Assembly (NCBI GenBank): GCA_964016885.1
Contig: OZ024747.1
Span: 75,640,001-75,704,000 of the forward strand
Source of the DNA: Eledone cirrhosa
Lineage: Eukaryota
Direction of reading: 5' to 3'
Length of the DNA stretch: 64,000 nt
Shown here: piece by piece, positions 56,775 through 64,000 of the stretch
How positions within the stretch are numbered: position 1 is the first letter of the stretch
How the letters are laid out: every line of letters starts with the position of its first letter
Made by a program: the position numbers and the translations under genes
The notes under the pieces: model-generated
Databases searched by the model: none
The model's input: the letters and a program-made list of their open reading frames with translations, nothing else
What the model was told of the DNA's origin: nothing

Positions 56775-57237
56775 CAAGTTTTCTAGCTGAGTGCACTGGA
56801 GCAATGGGAAACCGAACACCCAAGTTTTCTAGCTGAGTGCACTGGAGCAAGGTGAAACGGAACACCCAAGTTTTCTAGCTGAGTGCACTGGAGCAAGGTG
56901 AAACGGAACACCCAAGTTTTCTAGCTGAGTGCACTGGAGCAAGGTGAAACGGAACACCCAAGTTTTCTAGCTGAGTGCACTGGAGCAAGGTGAAACCGAA
57001 CACCCAAGTTTTCTAGCTGAGTGCACTGGAGCAAGGTGAAACGGAACACCCAAGTTTTCTAGCTGAGTGCACTGGAGCAAGGTGAAACCGAACACCCAAG
57101 TTTTCTAGCTGAGTGCACTGGAGCAAGGTGAAACCGAACACCCAAGTTTTCTAGCTGAGTGCACTGGAGCAAGGTGAAACGGAACACCTAAGTTTTCTAG
57201 CTGAGTGCACTGGAGCAAGGTGAAACCGAACACCCAA
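56775..57237. repeat. 46-bp minisatellite, 10 near-identical copies, SINE-B derived
   Basis: CAAGTTTTCTAGCTGAGTGCACTGGAGCAAGGTGAAAC(C/G)GAACACC with exact period 46. Confidence 0.95.
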
Positions 57238-58796
57238 TTTTACACTCGTGAGCGGAACGCCCAAACACCTTCGTGATAGAATCAAATGCATTTCTATAAT
57301 AAAGCCAAGGTTCTGGAATGCATTTTGTCATTTTAGACAGCACAGCCATACTTATTCTGAGATGTTCATCGCCACTCGTTGAGCTCACAATAATATTGAA
57401 ATGACTGAATGACTGAAATTGTGTAAGGTTTATACATAATATTTAGGCAAGCAATAGACTTATACTTTTCTCTCACGTCAGTATTTTTATACTTGCTAGA
57501 GCAAGATATCTTATGATGTCAATATGACATTGATTCTTATATTCTATGCATACAAAATGTCAACTTATAACATCACTAACCAACTATTAGGTCACTTTGT
57601 GTTATAAACCCAGTGTTCAACATTCTAGCAACTTTTGGTGAATGTTACATAGTTGATAGAGTAAGATTTTACTGTTGTCGTTGCGACAGTAATCCGTCTC
57701 TGTCCTATTTTAACATGAAGTGTTTTAGTGAAGTTTTTATTTCAGATCATAGGCCCAAATCCCTAGAAGAGCTAATTTTACGGATATATTGCTTCGTTTG
57801 TGATCCACCGGTATAAAGCTTGCAGGTTATATAAAAACCCGTGGTTAATTCTGGCTTACTAGCTTATTGAATTAATCTTTTCGATAATGGAGTTTTCATT
57901 CAAAGTTTTGAGTTCGTGATTTGAAGTTATTTATTTCTCGAAACAAAAACTAGTAACATCATACAATGTCGTTTATGTGCTGTGAATTCATTATTCCCCG
58001 CAAAACTTTTATTGTCGTTTAATGTTTGATTGTGTGGTAGATGCTTTTAATGCTTTCCTTTAGTTTTGATATACATCAACGTTGTTTATGATGAATCATT
58101 CCATTACCACGTATACTGCCAGTAAGCTGCTTACATATATAAAGCAGATATTGCTTGTTCAATTCTTGTTTTAACATGAGAGGAATTGCTTTATTCATAT
58201 TGCCATCAAGATGTGTCCTGTGCTCTCATAATTGCTTGGAAAAAGTTAAAAAAAACTTTTTTGGCATCGCGGCTTTAAATTCATTCTAAACTGAATATAC
58301 TCTACGGTTATTTCTATCGGAACAGATTCATTAAACTATTGTTGAGAGATGGTGTTGCAGCCGCAGGTTTGTTTATATATTTACCACCCTCTTCTGTGAC
58401 AGATTTTGGTTGATCTCTTGTGTCGTCAGAAATTTGAGATATTATTATCTCTAACATCCAATATTCGGAGCAAAGAAAGAAGCTATTTGTCAAAACTACT
58501 TAGATTTGAAATAATTTAATTGTAGTTGTATTTCATCCAACTATTTATTTAACCATGTCACGTGGACCATAGAATTTTTACAGAATATGGCAGCTTTTGG
58601 TTGTGTTTGGTTGTTTTCAGAAAAATCAATGAACAATTGCTATCTATGATAGCCGTAGCTCGAGTTACGGAAGAAGCCTATTGTCGAAGTTACATAACTG
58701 TGACGTGATTTCAGTTTGGAATGAAGTCCTTTTTGCAGAGAGAAGGATTTTTTCAGACATCTTGATAGCACTGGAATAAATCTTCATTTTACTAGT

Positions 58797-59039
58797 GAAG
58801 GCTTAGTGGTTAGAGCATTGGGCTTGCAATCGAAAGGTTGTGAGTTCAATTCTAGGATCGGCTGATGTGTTGTTTCCTTGAGCAAGATATTTATTTCACG
58901 TTGCTCCAGTTTACCCAGCTCTAGAAATGAGATGATAGGACTGGAGTCCCTATCATTAAATCACCCAAGACACCTCCAACGGGATAAATCTTGGATAAGG
59001 CCAGCTAAACCTGCATAGGTGTGAGCTGTCACACACACA
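58797..59039 (+). mobile_element. SINE family B, tail variant 1 with (CA)n
   Basis: GGCTTAGTGG A box and GAGTTCAATTC B box; reverse complement of 1015-1263. Confidence 0.82.
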
Positions 59040-59259
59040 CATATATTACTAGTTGGAAGTAAATATATTCGTAGTAAGAAAACTATGTGAAGATAAAGAA
59101 ATAAGGATTTTATCCCAACTAGGAAATTACATAAATAAGTTATCGATGTTTTTCTTCATGACGGTGCCACAGCATGGCCGGAATCCACGATTGGGAACAA
59201 GTAAACGATCAAAACAGTATGTATGTATGTACGTATGTATGTATGTATGTATGTATGTA

Positions 59260-59836
59260 TGTATCCCAGTACAACCTGTCTCATGGTCGGGTCGTTGGCG
59301 ACTAAACTGGCAACCCCACCAAGGTTTCTTGATGAGGAGGGTGACTTTGGACATCCTTCAGGACTAAAAACAAAACCTGTCAAAAGGCAAAGGAGCTCTT
59401 AAGAGTCAATGGCCATCCAACATCACCGGGAGAGATGACCCCTAGCCTTTGTCAAGGCAGAATTCTAGGAGAAGGAAAACTCTGATATAACACCTGCAAC
59501 CCTGATGGTATCCAATGATGTTGACTTGTTCTTCTTTTTGGTAAATATCATCTTGGTTAAGAGAGTGGGACTGGCTTTGTGCAGTGCCTTTGCTCACTAT
59601 AAAAGCTTCACGGCACAGGCATTGCTTTATATCTGGAGATCTCTCTGCACTTGTCGTCACATGGTACCATGTGACCAGCACTATGTGTCAGTAATTGTCG
59701 CAGGTGTAGTGTTTGTACCAGAGTTTTCAAGCTGCTGGCTGGACTAAAAAGTCACACTCGTTCATCTCATCGGTAGGGGTTCTCCTACATGGATATAAAG
59801 TAGTGGCCGTACTCGAAAACGAGTTGGCAGCCACCA
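59260..59836 (+). mobile_element. Near full-length copy of the RTE-type element
   Basis: Aligns to 26566-27140; intact CSVCTRVFKLLAGLKSHTRSSHR*; (TATG)n on both sides. Confidence 0.87.
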
Positions 59837-60115
59837 TGTATGTATGTATGTATGTATGTATGTATGTATGTATGTATGTATGTATGTATGTATGTGAAGT
59901 TTCACTCAGTTTTCTTCCATTCAGACATCTCCACATGTTGAGACTATAGTAATCGCATTAATCTCACCTGTCGGAGAGGATATGTTAAGGTCATGAGTAC
60001 TTTTCTGAATAGCTTATAAGCCACCCAGACACACTCAAATACACACACACACACACATACACATATATATATAGTGCATATAAGTGTGAGTGTATCATGT
60101 GTATTAATAATATTT

Positions 60116-60182
<67 letters not shown>

Positions 60183-60394
60183 TGGGTGAGGGTGTTTAAT
60201 TCTAGACAGATGTATTCACCTATGTGTCAGATATATTTCAAATACCTCTCATCTCGCAGTTGCTTCAAAGGAACACTAAGTAATTGTTGCAAACTCAATC
60301 GATATTGTCTTCAATCGATATTTACCGTGTACTGTCCGTACTAAGTTCATCTGGGATACTCATTTTCACCTGATATCTAACATTTTTTTTAACA

Positions 60395-60800
60395 TTGGCA
60401 CAAGGCCAGTACTTTGATGGAAAGGGAAAGCCCACAGTAATTAACTGGTACTTTATTTCATGGACCACAATACGTAACAGGTACTTTATTTTACCGGCCT
60501 CAATACGTAACTGGTACTTTATTTTACCGACCTCAATACGTAACTGCTGGTACTTTATTTTACCGACCTCAAAGCGTGACTGGTACTTTATTTTATTGAC
60601 CTCAATACATAACTGTAGGTATTTTATTTTACCGACCTCAATACGTGACTGGTACTTTGTCCTATTGACCTCAATACGTGACTGGTACTTTATTTTATCG
60701 ACCCAGGAGGATGAAAGTTAAAGTTGACCACGGGAAAATTTTAATTCTGATCGTAGAAAGTCATAACTGAATGCTGAAAAGCATTTTGTTCTAGGCTCTA
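60395..60800 (-). mobile_element. SINE family A with internal 33/36-bp tandem expansion
   Basis: (AATACGTAACTGGTACTTTATTTTACCGACCTC)n, ~7-8 units at ~60440-60700, running into TCGACCCAGGAGGATGAAAG. Confidence 0.8.
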
Positions 60801-61259
60801 CAAACCGTGTCACTCCAGCTCCCTCCCACCGGGTTCATAATATTGGCTTCAGATTTATGCAAAGAGATGCTGGCATTGTTCTCGGATGTTTGAGATTCGG
60901 TCGCACAGACTTCGCATTTGGAAGACCCGATCTAGTGATTCCATTCCACCCTGACAGCACCCGACTATAATATAACATAGATATTTACTATGTCTCCTCA
61001 TGACATACTATGTGGTCACATAGAATCAAGTATATTTATAGACTAAATATCTATTGTGATACATGAAACACTTAAAATAATAGAAATGTATGAGATTATC
61101 AACTAATTCTTAACATTCTCGTTAACATTTGCTATGATGTCTCTTGCGTGAAAACACCTTTCATGTTAGTTCTTCCTCTATTTTGCATACTTCTATTTGT
61201 TTTTATTCCCTCTTTTAACTAATTTTTACAGACACACACATTCAAGCATATGCACACAA

Positions 61260-61325
<66 letters not shown>

Positions 61326-61419
61326 TATATATATATTTATATATATATATATATGTATATATATACAGTATATATATATTTATATATATATATATATGTA
61401 TATATATACAGTATATATA

Positions 61420-61461
<42 letters not shown>

Positions 61462-61476
61462 CAGTATATATATATT

Positions 61477-61510
<34 letters not shown>

Positions 61511-62224
61511 ATTAATACAATAACAGAGATAGTTTAAAGCTAAACTCTGACTGGTATCCATCTCACTCAACAAACATTAGGTTATATTAAAATATAAACC
61601 CAATTTAAGTGTTTCGGGTGCTAACAATATGTATAATGTGGAAAAACCAGTTGTATTATTTTATGAGATATAATTAAAGTTAAAGTATATCTCTCTTTCC
61701 AAACAATTGTTTCATTATAAGTTTTCAACAAGTTGGGAGAATGTTTCCAGTTTATGTAGAAGCCTAATATATATTCATGTAAGAATATATTTAGGTGGGC
61801 ACTTATAAATCATCAGTGGAAGCCCATTAAACATTGATATAAGAAAACAATTTCTTACCGCTGTCAAAAATCATGTCCGTAAAGTTGCTCTCTCTCACCT
61901 CGAATGACCGCCAAGTTTGAAATTCCAGCAATGTTTGACTGAGGAAGTATCATAGCGACACGAAGCGGGAAGGGGAGACAACTCACGATCCACGAAATGA
62001 GGAAAAAAAATAATATACACGCGGGTTAATTAGTTTTTTTAAAAAACATTATCAATCCAACGTGTTTAAGAACTCAACTGAAAATAAAAAAATAAATATA
62101 TGCTTGTATAAATTACACACGCATATAGATATTTTCTTAGGCTAAATCAGAAGTTGTAACCGAATAAGAACCGCTTCTCATAACCGCAGTAAATGCAGAA
62201 AGTTATGCTATAAAGGGCAAATGG

Positions 62225-62278
<54 letters not shown>

Positions 62279-62296
62279 TGTATATATATATATATA

Positions 62297-62479
62297 CTAG
62301 ATAGGGTGTGGTAAAAACCAGCTAGACCATAACTAACTAGGTTACTCGATACTTGGGTTAGTAGAGCGATTAATATATATATATGACTCTTTTCTTATTA
62401 CCCACTCTACTACCCAAAGTATTGAGTACTCTGGTGCGTTATGGTCCACCTGGGATCTTACCACACCCTCTTTGTTTTT

Positions 62480-62519
<40 letters not shown>

Positions 62520-62603
62520 AACCAGAGTACTCAATACTTTGGGTAGTAGAGTGGGTAATAGGAAAAGAGTCAGGACCCCGACGGCTGAGCTCCAGCCGAT
62601 TCG

Positions 62604-62605
<2 letters not shown>
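62297..62605. mobile_element. Cluster of family-K fragments in (TA)n, alternating orientation
   Basis: Matches to 20804-20941 at ~62300-62372, 62384-62480 (inverted) and 62518-62600. Confidence 0.72.
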
Positions 62606-62677
<72 letters not shown>

Positions 62678-62826
62678 ATATTAAAAGCAAAGCGAGGTGT
62701 CACATTATATAAAGAACTTAATGTGAAACCTCACTTTGTTTTTAATATATACACTCTGCCATACCACAGAGTGTTGAATTTGACACCTTCCTTATTAAAC
62801 TACGAATCTACTGAACCGCTTATATG

Positions 62827-62927
<101 letters not shown>

Positions 62928-62959
62928 CACATACACACACATATATATATATATATATA

Positions 62960-63153
62960 TAACGAAGGAAATGTGGTAAGGAACCAGGTGGACCATAACG
63001 CACCAAAGTACTCAATACTTAGGGTAGTAGAGTAGGATCCCGACGGCTGAGCTCAAGCCGTTTCGACGGCTAATTCTGGACTAAATTCAATATTTTTAGT
63101 CCAGAATTAGCCGTCGAAACGGCTTGAGCTCGGCCGTCGGTGTCCTACTCGTT

Positions 63154-63156
<3 letters not shown>
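62960..63156. mobile_element. Family-K fold-back element
   Basis: Palindrome 63030-63150 centred on the hairpin GACGGCTAATTCTGGACTAAA...TTTAGTCCAGAATTAGCCGTC, followed by GAAA-CGGC...GCCG-TC. Confidence 0.8.
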
Positions 63157-63224
<68 letters not shown>

Positions 63225-63667
63225 TATTTATGTTACCCACACACTTATATATATTTTATGTATTTCTAGATACATGCAAATATGGGAGATCTCTGTAGAT
63301 TTATATATGAAATGCATATGTATACATACATATATATACACACACACACACATATATATATATATACAATATGTATACATGCTAATGTATTAGATCTATT
63401 GACTTGTGTGCGTTTACGTGTTAATATATATATATTAACACCTATATATATATATATATATATATATATAGCCTTAGCGTATGATTTAGAGTGGCAATAT
63501 CTATTTTTAATATGAAATTAATAAGTATTTACTAAGGTTGCCGTCTCATGATAGCAAACACCGCCTGTAAGTCTTTTGAAGAGAAACGATGGAAGAAATT
63601 AGGGAAAGAGGAAAAGTGGGAAATAGTTGAATAGATACACACACACAGATACACAAACACACACACA

Positions 63668-63732
<65 letters not shown>

Positions 63733-63738
63733 ACACGC

Positions 63739-63825
<87 letters not shown>

Positions 63826-64000
63826 ATAATATTTGATTAGACTGTCAATGGAATAGTCAGTTGGAGAAATACAGTAATTATATTATATCTTGTAATCATG
63901 TTATCTTTCTAAAATCAAAGCTCCCTGAAGAATCCAAACGTGTGCACGTATTTTACACAGGTAAGAATAATCAGGTAAACAGCTAAATAGTTGTTGCATT

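Noticed and set aside
56775-57237. CRISPR-like array or tandem hammerhead (CTGAGTG...GAAAC)
   Set aside because: No unique spacers and no cas genes. CTGAGTG is not CTGANGA, and the unit is explained by the SINE-B core.
57600-58700. Possible very decayed LINE on the minus strand
   Set aside because: No diagnostic motif could be read reliably.
63895-63970. CAG|GTAAG splice-like site as next ankyrin exon
   Set aside because: No ankyrin continuation in the required phase.

Overview
AT-rich animal genomic DNA dominated by microsatellites ((TA)n, (CA)n, (GA)n, (TATG)n). The SINE families and repeat style suggest an octopus or other cephalopod (inference, not verified). Nearly all ORFs in the track are microsatellite translations. 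I can support only one host coding exon: an ankyrin-repeat exon at 53550-53880. The rest is transposon debris: two tRNA-derived SINE families, R4/Dong-like RLE non-LTR retrotransposons (one with a 614-aa ORF), a ~600-bp non-autonomous RTE-type element, Penelope-like element (PLE) relics, mariner/Tc2 MITEs and a Helitron. The most notable signal is a set of short islands embedded in (TA)n arrays. Many are fold-back palindromes carrying type-I hammerhead ribozyme folds, from several families with no visible similarity to each other. One island is joined to a PLE GIY-YIG endonuclease C-terminus, and several inversion junctions fall on the ribozyme's own hairpins. Separately, R4-like and RTE-like elements occupy (TACA)n/(TATG)n arrays in fixed, opposite orientations. 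All folds and alignments were done by eye; no searches were run.
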